This document shows positions 44,495 through 53,772 of a stretch of DNA of 64,000 nucleotides, in pieces; the stretch's first letter is position 1, and each line of letters begins with the position of its first letter. The translations under genes were made by a program, and so were the position numbers. Under the pieces are notes generated by a model, which had not been told where the DNA came from, made no database searches, and saw only the letters and a list, made by a program, of their open reading frames with translations. The DNA is from an uncultured Elusimicrobia bacterium (GTDB lineage: Bacteria > Elusimicrobiota > Elusimicrobia > F11), in NCBI GenBank assembly GCA_964405835.1, contig CAYOPN010000002.1, positions 24,571 to 88,570 of the forward strand. The letters are read 5' to 3'.

Positions 44495-46312
44495 TCATTT
44501 TGACCCCGGACGGTCAATCTGCCGCGCCGGCGAGCCCACAACGGTCGTGCCGGGCGCCACGGCGCGCAATACAACCGCGCCTGCTCCGACCACAGCATTT
44601 TTTCCAATCAAAATCCCTTGTTTCACCACCGCGCGCGCGCCCACATGCGCCTCCGCGCCCACATTGACCAACCCCGCCAAACAAGCGGCGGGCGCGATAT
44701 GCGCGTGGTCTCCGATACGACAATCGTGCTCAATGATGGCACCCGTGTTCAAAATGACATTCCGTCCGATTTTTGCGCCCGGATTGATCTTCACACCGGC
44801 AAATACCACGCTGCCCGCGCCGATCACGGCATCATTGGCAACAACCGCCGATGGATGCACCACTGTCAATGGCGATAGACCTTGCGCTAGCGCCGCGTTG
44901 AAAAGTTTTTTCCGTAACCGGCTATCGCCCACGGAACCGACGCCGATCACGAACGCGGTCGCGCCCAATCGTTTGGCCAAAGCGATCTTTTGATCATTGC
45001 CCAATACCGGCACACCGAGGACCCGTTTTCCCCAAAGCTTTCGGTCCGGGTCCACAATGCCCACCGGCGTTGCGGCCTTCGATTGCAGCAGCGCGTCGAT
45101 CACGACCTTCGCGTGCCCTCCGCCGCCGATCACGACACAACCGACGGCGCCCGGCACAACAGACGCGTCCACAAATTTTTTCACGAGCAACCGGCTGCCC
45201 AGCTTCAATTGCTTGATGCCATCCACAATCCGCTGCGCGGCCTTGCCATCGCCATAGGGATTGGATTTCCCTTTGAGACCGGAGCGGAAGGACGGGGCCA
45301 GCGCCTTTTGGAGGGCCTTAAGAATTTCCCGGCGCTTCGGCGCGCAATCAATAACATTGTTCGCCCGCAAACGTCCTTTCTGGCGATCGCCGATATTGAC
45401 CACCGGCAACCCGAACGACGGCGCTTCAATCAGACCGCTCGATGAATTGCCCAACATCGCGGCGGCCCATTTCATCATGCTGAAATACCCTTGCACGCCG
45501 AAACTCTCCACCAAGCGCGCCGAAGGATTTTCTTTCAAATAGGCCTCGATCCGCTTGCGGACGCGCGAACCATTGGTGTCGTTGCTGGGCGCGGTGAAAA
45601 CCACGGGCCTGCGCGATGCCTTGAGCGCGGCGAGCAATTCGCCGGTATGCGCTTCCGTCTCCTCCGCTTCCATGGTCTCCGGATGAAAGGTCACGAGCAA
45701 AGGCGGTGTGCGTCCCGCCAATCCGAATTTGCGGGCAAGTTGTTGCGGCAAAAGCGTTTTCAGTTGGGAAATATTGTCGAGGCCCGGAGCGCCCGAAACG
45801 TGCACGCGCCAAGGCTCCTCTCCCATCTGGACCACGCGCGCGCGATGTTGCTCATTGGAAACAAAATGTATGTGCGCGAGCTTCGTCATCGCATGACGAA
45901 AAGAATTGTCGATCGCGCCTTCGGTGATTTCGCCGCCATGAATATGGGCGAGAGGAATCAAAAGCGGCGTGGCGGCCGCGGCGGCCGCGAACATTTCAAA
46001 CCGGTCCCCTAGGACCAGCAGCAGGTCCGGACGGCGGCGTTGAAATGCGCGGGCGAAACTTTGCGTCGCTTGCCCCATCGTTCTGGCGATCCCGGCCGGT
46101 GAATCATCTGTCAAATCAAGCGGCACGCGTTCGATGGGGCCAAATTTGTCCGATTCAATCGCTGTCACGGTATTTCCATGCTTGGCAGACAGATGGGCGC
46201 CGGAGACATACAAAACCAATTTCAAACCGCGGTCTTTTGCGATGCGGCGCAGGATAGGACGGTACAATCCGTAATCCGAACGGTTGGTCGTGACAACGCC
46301 GACCGTTCTCAT
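44495..46312 (-). CDS. Fusion: hydrolysing NDP-sugar 2-epimerase (NeuC/LegG-like) + hexapeptide-repeat N-acetyltransferase (NeuD/PglD/LegH-like)
   Basis: N-terminus MRTVGVVTTNRSDYGLYRPIL...LLVLGDRFE...HIHGGE...HFVSN (NeuC type). C-terminus VVIGGGGHAKVVIDAL...GVPVLG, then left-handed beta-helix repeats (IGAGSVVFAGVKINPGAKIGRNVILNTGAIIEHDCRIGDHAHIAP). Confidence 0.8.
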   Translation of the reverse strand: MRTVGVVTTNRSDYGLYRPILRRIAKDRGLKLVLYVSGAHLSAKHGNTVTAIESDKFGPIERVPLDLTDDSPAGIARTMGQATQSFARAFQRRRPDLLLVLGDRFEMFAAAAAATPLLIPLAHIHGGEITEGAIDNSFRHAMTKLAHIHFVSNEQHRARVVQMGEEPWRVHVSGAPGLDNISQLKTLLPQQLARKFGLAGRTPPLLVTFHPETMEAEETEAHTGELLAALKASRRPVVFTAPSNDTNGSRVRKRIEAYLKENPSARLVESFGVQGYFSMMKWAAAMLGNSSSGLIEAPSFGLPVVNIGDRQKGRLRANNVIDCAPKRREILKALQKALAPSFRSGLKGKSNPYGDGKAAQRIVDGIKQLKLGSRLLVKKFVDASVVPGAVGCVVIGGGGHAKVVIDALLQSKAATPVGIVDPDRKLWGKRVLGVPVLGNDQKIALAKRLGATAFVIGVGSVGDSRLRKKLFNAALAQGLSPLTVVHPSAVVANDAVIGAGSVVFAGVKINPGAKIGRNVILNTGAIIEHDCRIGDHAHIAPAACLAGLVNVGAEAHVGARAVVKQGILIGKNAVVGAGAVVLRAVAPGTTVVGSPARQIDRPGSK

Positions 46313-47352
46313 GACACCATCGATTCCGTGATGACCTTTCCGGCGGGAATACGCCGCCCCGCTTTTTTCCCCAGCAGGCGGGACAGGTGGTGTGGCGGAA
46401 GCCCGGTGCCGGGACGTCGCACGGTCAATACGTCGGGAGTAAACACGTCGCCTTTTTCGATGGAGCGCAGCGCAACCAAACTTTTTCGGGCGACTTTCGC
46501 GGTGTCGGACTCGGAAACCGCGCGCTCTTTGCGGCCATGGCCGAGCGCTTTCTCGATGGCCCGGATTCCGGCAACGAGCCGCGCGAATTCGGCGGGTTCT
46601 ACCGATGCCGCGTGATCGGGGCCCCTCATGTTCCGGTCGAGCGTTAAATGTTTCTCAATCACGCAAGCACCGAGCGCGACCGCGGCCAGCGCCACGTCGA
46701 TGCCCAGCGTATGGTCGGAATAACCGACCGGAACGCCAAATGTTTTACGCATGGTTTGCATGGCGCGCAAATTCACATCTTCCGGCGAGGCCGGATAATT
46801 GCTCACGCAATGCAACAAGATAAGCGGCGGATTTCCGGCGCGCTTGATGGCGCGGACCGCGTCCGCCACCTCATTCAAATCCGACATTCCGGTGGAAACA
46901 ATCATGGGCTGGGACTTTTTCGCGACATGCGCGAGAAACGCGTGGTTGGTTAGTTCGCCCGACGGCAATTTGTAGGCCGGCAATGCGAGCGTTTCCAACA
47001 GGTCGGCGGAAATTTCATCAAACGGCGTCGAGAGAAATAGGATCCCCGCCTTCTTGCAATAGTCGAGCAAGACACGATGGTCCGACGCGGACAATTCCAA
47101 ACGCTTGAGCATCTGGAGTTGGGACTCGGCGGCGGACGTGTTCTTCAACTGATACCCGGCTTTGGGCGCTTCGGGGGTCACGAGCCGTTCGGCGGAAAAG
47201 GTTTGAAACTTGACGGCGTCGGCGCCCGCTTTCTTGGCAGCGTCAATCAATCGCTTCGCAATTTTTATTTCTCCATTGTGGTTGACGCCGGCTTCGGCGA
47301 TCACGAAACACGGCCGGCCTTCACCGATGCGTCGGCCACTGATCCGGATCAA
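46309..47352 (-). CDS. neuB: N-acylneuraminate/legionaminate synthase (NeuB/LegI family)
   Basis: PCFVIAEAGVNHNG, AVKFQTF, LSTPFD, YKLPSGE, MIVSTGMS, LLHCVSNYPA, GYSDHT, EKHLTLD and a C-terminal SAF domain. I propose the TTG at 47352 (TTGA overlap). The track start overlaps the upstream gene by 61 nt. Confidence 0.85.
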   Translation of the reverse strand: MIRISGRRIGEGRPCFVIAEAGVNHNGEIKIAKRLIDAAKKAGADAVKFQTFSAERLVTPEAPKAGYQLKNTSAAESQLQMLKRLELSASDHRVLLDYCKKAGILFLSTPFDEISADLLETLALPAYKLPSGELTNHAFLAHVAKKSQPMIVSTGMSDLNEVADAVRAIKRAGNPPLILLHCVSNYPASPEDVNLRAMQTMRKTFGVPVGYSDHTLGIDVALAAVALGACVIEKHLTLDRNMRGPDHAASVEPAEFARLVAGIRAIEKALGHGRKERAVSESDTAKVARKSLVALRSIEKGDVFTPDVLTVRRPGTGLPPHHLSRLLGKKAGRRIPAGKVITESMVS

Positions 47353-48098
47353 TGCGCGGCTCCTTTGGTTTCCAGCCATGGCAGCGGAAACTGTCCGCTT
47401 TTGACCCATACTTCGGCGCGGTTGAATTCCTCGAGCGTGTCGATCGAAATCGATGCGTAGTCGGGCGTTTCATAAAGAAGCATGCGACTGTCTTTGCGCC
47501 AACCGTCTTTCCTTTCACGCACGAATTCGGTCCTCCACATGTAAATCGAACCGTTGATCCGGTAAATAACGGGCGCGTCTTGCCGCCGGACAATCGATGA
47601 CCCTTCAGGGAACAAATCCTGCATGTAACCGTCTTTCTGTACCACCGAATGCCAAATCGGATTGAATTCCGGCTTGGAAGCGCCGATGATGCCGTCCGCA
47701 TCGGGCTCCACCATCATGCGTTGGAAACATTCGTACACGTAAATAGGCAGGCGGCAAGGCGTTGTCGGGTCGAGCAACAACAATTGACGGTATTCTTCGC
47801 CCTTCTTCTCGACCGCATCGAGCGCGTGGCGCAGCACGGGCCAGAGCGCCGTGTCATCCTTGGAAAGTTCGGGTGGTCGCAGGAACGGCACTTCGGCGCC
47901 ATATTTTTTTGCGACCTCGGCAATCTCCGGCGAATCGGTGCTAACGATTGTGCGCACCACCTCACTGCAGCTCTTGGCCAACAAAATGGAATGGGCAATC
48001 AAGGGCAACCCGCAGAACGGCCGGATATTTTTCCCGGGCAGTCCTTTGGAACCGCCGCGCGCCGGAATGACCGCCAGAATTCCCGTTGATGTATCCAT
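47349..48098 (-). CDS. Acylneuraminate cytidylyltransferase family (NeuA/LegF-like CMP-nonulosonate synthetase)
   Basis: Start at the internal ATG 48098 (MDTSTGILAVIPARGGSKGLPGKNIRPFCGLPLIAHSI). TAATG 1-nt overlap with the upstream stop. Confidence 0.8.
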   Translation of the reverse strand: MDTSTGILAVIPARGGSKGLPGKNIRPFCGLPLIAHSILLAKSCSEVVRTIVSTDSPEIAEVAKKYGAEVPFLRPPELSKDDTALWPVLRHALDAVEKKGEEYRQLLLLDPTTPCRLPIYVYECFQRMMVEPDADGIIGASKPEFNPIWHSVVQKDGYMQDLFPEGSSIVRRQDAPVIYRINGSIYMWRTEFVRERKDGWRKDSRMLLYETPDYASISIDTLEEFNRAEVWVKSGQFPLPWLETKGAAH

Positions 48099-49096
48099 TA
48101 GTAACGCACCTTCTGTACACGTTGCGACTTTGAAGACAAGCGGGCGGCATCGCACACGGCCAGCGCACGGAAACCATCCAGTCCGCTCGCCAAATACGCA
48201 GGCGTTTTCTTTTCGAACACCGCTTCTTGAAATTCTTGCAACTGGTCCGCGTACATCCGATCGCGGTCCTGTTTGATTTGGTGGCGCGCGGCGCGGCCGG
48301 CGGAAGGAATGTGCGTCACCTGATTAAGCACGCCGTCCCATTCCAATATGCCGCTCTCGCCGTAGGCCGCCATGCGGCGCTGGGTGGGGCGCGTCAGATA
48401 ATCCAAATGAAGCGAGACCGTTGTTCCGGATTTGGTGGTCCACAGCAGATCGGCGGACTCTTCGGACTGGATCTTGAGGCGGCCTTGATTACTGAGCCGG
48501 GCCTGCAGAACGTCGGGCCAGCCAAAAATCCAGCCGGCGTAATCGATTTCGTGGATGAGGTCGCGTAAGACGCCGCCTTCGGATGCGCGCGCGGAGTAAC
48601 TGTTCTTGTAATCGCGGGAAGGCCGCCATTGAGGGAGATAGGACTGGCATTCAATGCGGACGTAATGGACTTTCTTCAATTGCGCGAGGGAGTCGCGAAA
48701 ATGGTTCAACGAACCCGAGAACCGCAGTACACAGGCGGTATAAATTTTTCGGCGCGCTTTTTTTGCCGCTTTCAGTAGCTGCTTGGCATTGGACGCATCG
48801 ACCGACAACGGCTTCTCAACCAACAAATCAAAACCGGCCGCGAGCGCTTTCTCGGCATCCTGCCTGTGCCGGCCCGTGTCCGTGGCGATCACGCAAGCGC
48901 GCGCGCCGTCTTTCCATGCCTGCCGCAAACTGTCCACGGTCGCGTAGCCCGCGCCTTGTAACTCGCGGCGTCGCGACGGCCGCACCGGCAACGCCAGCGC
49001 GCGCGTGGAATCCAGCCGTGACAGCAATTGCAAATGCCGGAACCCAATGCTCCCGGTCCCGTAAACAACGATGGGTGAAAGTGTTTGTGTTACCAA
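48098..49096 (-). CDS. Gfo/Idh/MocA-family oxidoreductase (PtmF-like by context)
   Basis: The track ORF (490 aa) has a 158-residue Arg/Gly-rich N-terminus lying entirely over the SDR gene, which I rejected. TTG at 49096 gives (M)VTQTLSPIVVYGTGSIGFRHLQLL, followed by LLVEKPLS. Confidence 0.65.
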   Translation of the reverse strand: MVTQTLSPIVVYGTGSIGFRHLQLLSRLDSTRALALPVRPSRRRELQGAGYATVDSLRQAWKDGARACVIATDTGRHRQDAEKALAAGFDLLVEKPLSVDASNAKQLLKAAKKARRKIYTACVLRFSGSLNHFRDSLAQLKKVHYVRIECQSYLPQWRPSRDYKNSYSARASEGGVLRDLIHEIDYAGWIFGWPDVLQARLSNQGRLKIQSEESADLLWTTKSGTTVSLHLDYLTRPTQRRMAAYGESGILEWDGVLNQVTHIPSAGRAARHQIKQDRDRMYADQLQEFQEAVFEKKTPAYLASGLDGFRALAVCDAARLSSKSQRVQKVRY

Positions 49097-49857
49097 GCCG
49101 TCCAACCGCCATCGACCGCTATATTTTGGCCCGTCACGTAGGCCGACAAATCGCTCACCAGGTAAATCACGGCGCCTTTTAAATCTTCTTCGGTGGCCAT
49201 GCGGCCGAGCGGCGTTTTCGCGATGTACTTCTTTTGAAATTCGGAATGCTGGCCTCTCGCCACGCCGCCGGGAGAAATCACATTGACCCGGACTTTGGGC
49301 GCGAACCGCGTGGCCAAATAACGCATCAATTGGATCAACCCGCCTTTGGAAGCCGCGTAACCGGCCGGGTTTTGCATTTCCGTTCCTTGATAAATCCCAA
49401 AATCCGGACCGGTCATGCCGTATATCGATGAAAAAAGAATAACGGAACCGTGGCCCGACGCTTCCAAACTTTTTTGGCATTCTTGCGCCAGCACAAAGGC
49501 CGCCGTTAAATTCACGCGCATCGCGGTGTCCCAGGCCGCCACGGTCTGTTCGGGGAAAGGTTTCGCCCACCCTTCCAGTTTGGTCTCGCCCACAAATGCT
49601 GCGCAGTGAATCAAAATATCGAGACCACCCAATTCTTTGATGACGGCTTTTGCCGCATTGCGCGTTGAGGTTTCATCTTTCAAATCACATTCAAAAGAAA
49701 GCACACCCGCGATATCGGATTTTTTTTGGTCGACAACAGCGACGCGACAACCCAGTTCGACCAGTCCTTCAACGATTGTCCGGCCGATATTTCCGGCCCC
49801 ACCGGTGACAAGCGCCCGGCGGTTGGACAGGTTTATTAGCTCTTTTATGGTTCGCAT
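49090..49857 (-). CDS. Short-chain dehydrogenase/reductase (PtmA-like by context)
   Basis: RALVTGGAGNIGRTIV, HCAA, FSSIYG...YAASK. First gene after the 127-nt gap, with an AAGG Shine-Dalgarno-like element upstream. Confidence 0.8.
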   Translation of the reverse strand: MRTIKELINLSNRRALVTGGAGNIGRTIVEGLVELGCRVAVVDQKKSDIAGVLSFECDLKDETSTRNAAKAVIKELGGLDILIHCAAFVGETKLEGWAKPFPEQTVAAWDTAMRVNLTAAFVLAQECQKSLEASGHGSVILFSSIYGMTGPDFGIYQGTEMQNPAGYAASKGGLIQLMRYLATRFAPKVRVNVISPGGVARGQHSEFQKKYIAKTPLGRMATEEDLKGAVIYLVSDLSAYVTGQNIAVDGGWTAW

Positions 49858-49984
49858 ATAGATGCCTTAATTTCCTTTTTTGGCTGTTAAAACTGCGTTT
49901 AAATCGAGATTCGGCCGGCTTTTTAATTCATGCTGCAAAAACAACGTGAATTTGACTGCGTAGGATTTGATTTGCCGGATTTGC

Positions 49985-51031
49985 CTAACTCTGATATCCA
50001 AAAATATCCTCGGTAAAACGGGTTAAACGTTCGGTTTGAAACAAATCCAACAAGCCCACCGCGGCCTCGATTTCCGGATCAACCAACGCCGCCAATTGCT
50101 CGGCAATGCCGGTCTTCAACGTGGAATCAAAAGTGGAAATGGCTACGTCCTCCCACTCTCCCAACGACATTTTCTTTTGTTGAAGTTTTTCGAGCGGGCA
50201 AAACCGGTAGGCCGATTTGGAAGTGAAAACTTCAACAACCCATCTCCCCGCGCTTCCCCAATCCGCGTGATAGTTAAACGGAATTCCCTGTTCGGTCGTG
50301 CCCGCGCCCACGTACAACGAACCGCTTGGATGCCACGGCCAACTTCCCTGCCGGATCCCATTCCATTTTTCCGGAAACCCAATAAGCCCATGGGCCAAGT
50401 TCATGACGTGAATGCTGTTGGCGACGCCCCAGCGCTTTAATTCCTCTTCGGAAAATTGTTTCGGATTGATCCGGTGAACGAGCTCGGTGAATGTGTAGGT
50501 AGCGGAAGTTGCCCCGCCATCCTGCGCAATCCGCCACCGGGCTTCAATGACGGCGGGATAAGCGATCCGGTTGAAAGCGCACAGCAAACGGACGCCCGCC
50601 TTGTCGCCTTCTTCCGCAAGCTTTCGTATCTCGGAAGACCAAAGGGAAACCGGTTTTTCGCACAGGATCGTTTGATAACCCAGCGTGATGAGGTGGCGGA
50701 CGCAGGGCGCCAGTTCGGCGGTGATGGTGGAAACGACGGCGACAGCATCGGAAGAAACGGGGCCCGCCATGTTCGTGTACCCACCGCCCACGGTTTGGAT
50801 ATTGTCGCTTTTAAGCGGGGCCAGCTTTTCGAGCGACCTGGAACACACGGTGATACGATCGGCCTTTAACGATTTCAACGCTTTGACGTATTCCTGCCCC
50901 ATAAATCCATAACCGACCACTGTCACAGGACGGCTTGACCAGCGAAAACGGCCCATTAAACCGGCGAGGTCCTCGGAGCGCATCGGTCGGATTTCGGATT
51001 TGCGGGAGGCGGAAAGAATGTCGGGTGTCAT
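49985..51031 (-). CDS. Gfo/Idh/MocA-like oxidoreductase
   Basis: VTVVGYGFMGQEYVKAL Rossmann motif after about 35 N-terminal residues, and ILCEKPVS. ATGA overlap at 51028. Confidence 0.65.
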   Translation of the reverse strand: MTPDILSASRKSEIRPMRSEDLAGLMGRFRWSSRPVTVVGYGFMGQEYVKALKSLKADRITVCSRSLEKLAPLKSDNIQTVGGGYTNMAGPVSSDAVAVVSTITAELAPCVRHLITLGYQTILCEKPVSLWSSEIRKLAEEGDKAGVRLLCAFNRIAYPAVIEARWRIAQDGGATSATYTFTELVHRINPKQFSEEELKRWGVANSIHVMNLAHGLIGFPEKWNGIRQGSWPWHPSGSLYVGAGTTEQGIPFNYHADWGSAGRWVVEVFTSKSAYRFCPLEKLQQKKMSLGEWEDVAISTFDSTLKTGIAEQLAALVDPEIEAAVGLLDLFQTERLTRFTEDIFGYQS

Positions 51032-52896
51032 AGCGCGGCGGAGGAAAGCGCGTTCATTTTGATTCGCATTTGGTACCAGATCGAAAAATTGACCATTCTC
51101 CAGAGTCCGTAGACCGCCTCCGAATTAAGCTTGTCGTAATCTTTGATCACCGCCGCCGCGTCAAAAAAATTCTCTGCCCGCAACGACGAAAGGTACTCTA
51201 CAAAAAGCGTTTTATTTTCAGCCATCCAGGTCTTGATCGGGAACGGAAATCCCATTTTGTTTTTTCGCCAGACCACGCTTGCCGGAATTTTATTTTCTAT
51301 CGCTTTGCGCAAAATCCACTTTGTCCACCCCTGATGAAACAACGCGGTCTCCGGCAATTTCAAACAGAACTCGGCCACCTCGAAATCAAAGAACGGATAG
51401 CGTCCTTCAATGGGAATGCTCATCAACGAACGGTCCATGGCCCGCAACCAGTACGGCACCTTGAATTCCGTATACCAATGAAAAATTTTCTCGCTGAAAC
51501 CGAACTCATCGGTGTTGTACGCCCCTTCAAGCGGGTTTGTCATGTATTGGGCAATCAAACGTTGATAGGGCACGTTGTAATTTTTAACGGCATCCAAATT
51601 TTCCAAGACCTTGGCGGGGTCCAATTTCTTTTCGGAATAGGCGTCCAATTCAGCCAACGCTTCGCGTTCGCGGCCGGTTTTCTTCAGTTGTTCGATGAAC
51701 AGGTAAAAAAATTCCTCGGGATATCCCCCCAGCAATTCATCGCCACCGGACCCCGACAAACAAATGCGGTTACCGTCCTGCGCGATGCGTTCCACCAACG
51801 TCCGGTACGTAAACCCACCCGACCCTCCCGGCGAAAATATGGGTTCCTCCATGATCGCGATGTTCTTTTCCAGGTCGGCCAAAATATCTTTGTTGTCGGG
51901 ACGGAGCACGTGGTAATGAAACGATTTACCGTGATGCTCATGAATGGCGCGCGCAAACGGTTCTTCGTCCTGGTTTTCTTGCTCAAACTTGACCGTGTAC
52001 GTGTGGATGCGCTCGGGTGGCAACAGTTCAAGCGCGGCGGCAACAATGGCGGACGAATCCAGCCCCCCGCTCATTTCAAAAGCGAACGGAACGTTTCCCA
52101 CCAAACGTTTTTCAACCGCCCGTTTAAAGACGTTCCAAAAACCGCCCACCAATTCCTCCCGCTCCGCAGCGGACGGAGAGGGCCCTCTCTCAAACAATTT
52201 GAGCCGATAATTTGACACTGGTGTAATTTTTTCTATGGGGAGTTGGCGCAAATTGATCTCACTGTGAGATCCCTTTGGAAAATGGCGGATACCGTTAAAA
52301 AACGTTTCCTGGTCGACGTCTTTGGCCGCGTAAACCAGATAACGTGTCGCGGCGCTGCGGTTGACGGACGGGGAGAGCTCGGGGAGCAATTTAAACAGGG
52401 CCGTTATATTGGAAGCCCAGGCAATGCCGCCGTTTATCGTGGCGTAATAAAAAGGCGCCTTTCCCATCTTGTCCCGGGCAAAAAGGACTTTTTCTTTCCG
52501 CTTGTCGTAAAGGACCACGGCCCAAAATCCGTCAAACCGTTCAAAGCAAGATGTTCCCCACCGCTCATAGGCGGCCAAAACAACTTCGGTGTCCGATTCG
52601 GTCCGGAACGAGACACCCTCGGCGACCAAAGCGGCGCGAACGGATTGGTAATTGTAAATCTCTCCGTTAAAAATGACGGAAAGTGTTTTTGAGGAATTCC
52701 AGAAGGGTTGGTTCGACCGCTCGTTGAGATCGATGATCGAAAAACGCGTGTGCAGAAAAGCAAGTTCGAACGAATCGTTCTTCTCGACAAAAAAGGAAGA
52801 GTTGTCCGGTCCGCGTGTTCTCAGATGAGACAGGCAGGCCGGGATATCGGCCTTAAGCGTGCCAGCGGGCGCCAAATAACCGGCAATGCCGCACAT
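51028..52896 (-). CDS. asnB: Asparagine synthase (glutamine-hydrolysing)-family amidotransferase
   Basis: MCGIAGY Ntn nucleophile, RGPD, and the synthetase PP-loop-like FEMSGGLDSS. 622 aa, a typical AsnB-like paralogue of glycan clusters. The symbol denotes the family only. Confidence 0.8.
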   Translation of the reverse strand: MCGIAGYLAPAGTLKADIPACLSHLRTRGPDNSSFFVEKNDSFELAFLHTRFSIIDLNERSNQPFWNSSKTLSVIFNGEIYNYQSVRAALVAEGVSFRTESDTEVVLAAYERWGTSCFERFDGFWAVVLYDKRKEKVLFARDKMGKAPFYYATINGGIAWASNITALFKLLPELSPSVNRSAATRYLVYAAKDVDQETFFNGIRHFPKGSHSEINLRQLPIEKITPVSNYRLKLFERGPSPSAAEREELVGGFWNVFKRAVEKRLVGNVPFAFEMSGGLDSSAIVAAALELLPPERIHTYTVKFEQENQDEEPFARAIHEHHGKSFHYHVLRPDNKDILADLEKNIAIMEEPIFSPGGSGGFTYRTLVERIAQDGNRICLSGSGGDELLGGYPEEFFYLFIEQLKKTGREREALAELDAYSEKKLDPAKVLENLDAVKNYNVPYQRLIAQYMTNPLEGAYNTDEFGFSEKIFHWYTEFKVPYWLRAMDRSLMSIPIEGRYPFFDFEVAEFCLKLPETALFHQGWTKWILRKAIENKIPASVVWRKNKMGFPFPIKTWMAENKTLFVEYLSSLRAENFFDAAAVIKDYDKLNSEAVYGLWRMVNFSIWYQMRIKMNALSSAAL

Positions 52897-52899
52897 GCT

Positions 52900-53772
52900 T
52901 TATTTCGCCGCGACGCCGGGAATCGGGTGCAGCTTCTTTTTCAAACGGTGCGCGGTGCGGACCCAAGAGAAGTAACGAATGCCCGTAATAAAAAGAAGGA
53001 ACGGAAGAATCGCGGCGAACTCCCAAAGTTTTACTTGTTTGAATGTGGCGATGACTTCGGTCTCAAACGGATGAAACCACGACTTTAGTTTGCGGGCGAA
53101 GGTCCAGTCGCCCGAGTAGGTCGTGTAAAACAAACAATCCCCGCGGCCGTAGCGCTGCCAGCGCTCAAGCACAAAGTCCAAACTCGTGAACCCCACTTCG
53201 ATGCAATCCACATCGGCGATCGCGAAGCGATGCCCGTCGCGCGCCATGCGTTCGCACAGGTCGGTATCGTCGCTGTTCGTGAAAAACGGGTTGTACTTGT
53301 ATTTGCGGATGACCTCGGTCTCAAACAAAATCGGCGTTCCCACCACCGACTTAAAACCGGGCGTGTATTTACGCTTGTAAATATCCTGTGCCCAGCCGAT
53401 GTAACTGCCTTTGTCGCGGAGCACCGTGCGCGTGCTGACGCCCGAGCATTTGTGTTCCTCCATGTATTCGATCATGCGGCGCAGCGAACCTTTCGGCATG
53501 ATGTTGTCCGGCCCTACGAACGAAACATACTTGGTCGTGGCGTTATCGACGCCCAAGTTCCGCGCGATCGCGAGCCCGCGCCCCGGATCTTTGAGCATGC
53601 GCGTTATGAAAGGCTTGGAGAGCTCCACGGTGCGGTCCGTGGAGTTTCCATCGATGAAAAGAATATCTTTCGGCTGGTTCTCCACCACGGACTTCAAGGC
53701 GTCGACCACCATGTTCTCGACGTTCTTCGTGCACACCACCACCGTCAAATCCAGCGTATCGGTTTCGTTCAC
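52900..53772 (-). CDS. Glycosyltransferase family 2
   Basis: I propose the GTG at 53772 (GTGA overlap). LTVVVCTKNVENMVVDALKSVVENQPKDILFIDGNSTDRT...FVGPDN, with a C-terminal hydrophobic tail. Confidence 0.7.
   Translation of the reverse strand: MNETDTLDLTVVVCTKNVENMVVDALKSVVENQPKDILFIDGNSTDRTVELSKPFITRMLKDPGRGLAIARNLGVDNATTKYVSFVGPDNIMPKGSLRRMIEYMEEHKCSGVSTRTVLRDKGSYIGWAQDIYKRKYTPGFKSVVGTPILFETEVIRKYKYNPFFTNSDDTDLCERMARDGHRFAIADVDCIEVGFTSLDFVLERWQRYGRGDCLFYTTYSGDWTFARKLKSWFHPFETEVIATFKQVKLWEFAAILPFLLFITGIRYFSWVRTAHRLKKKLHPIPGVAAK

Noticed and set aside
49097-49570. 158-residue N-terminal extension of track ORF 48098..49570 (likewise 1802..2911, 15113..16237, 52900..53910, 58176..59594, 46309..47409)
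   Set aside because: The extensions are Arg/Gly-rich, carry no domain and lie wholly over the upstream gene's well-supported coding sequence. Conserved domains begin right after an alternative start that forms a short overlap with the upstream stop.
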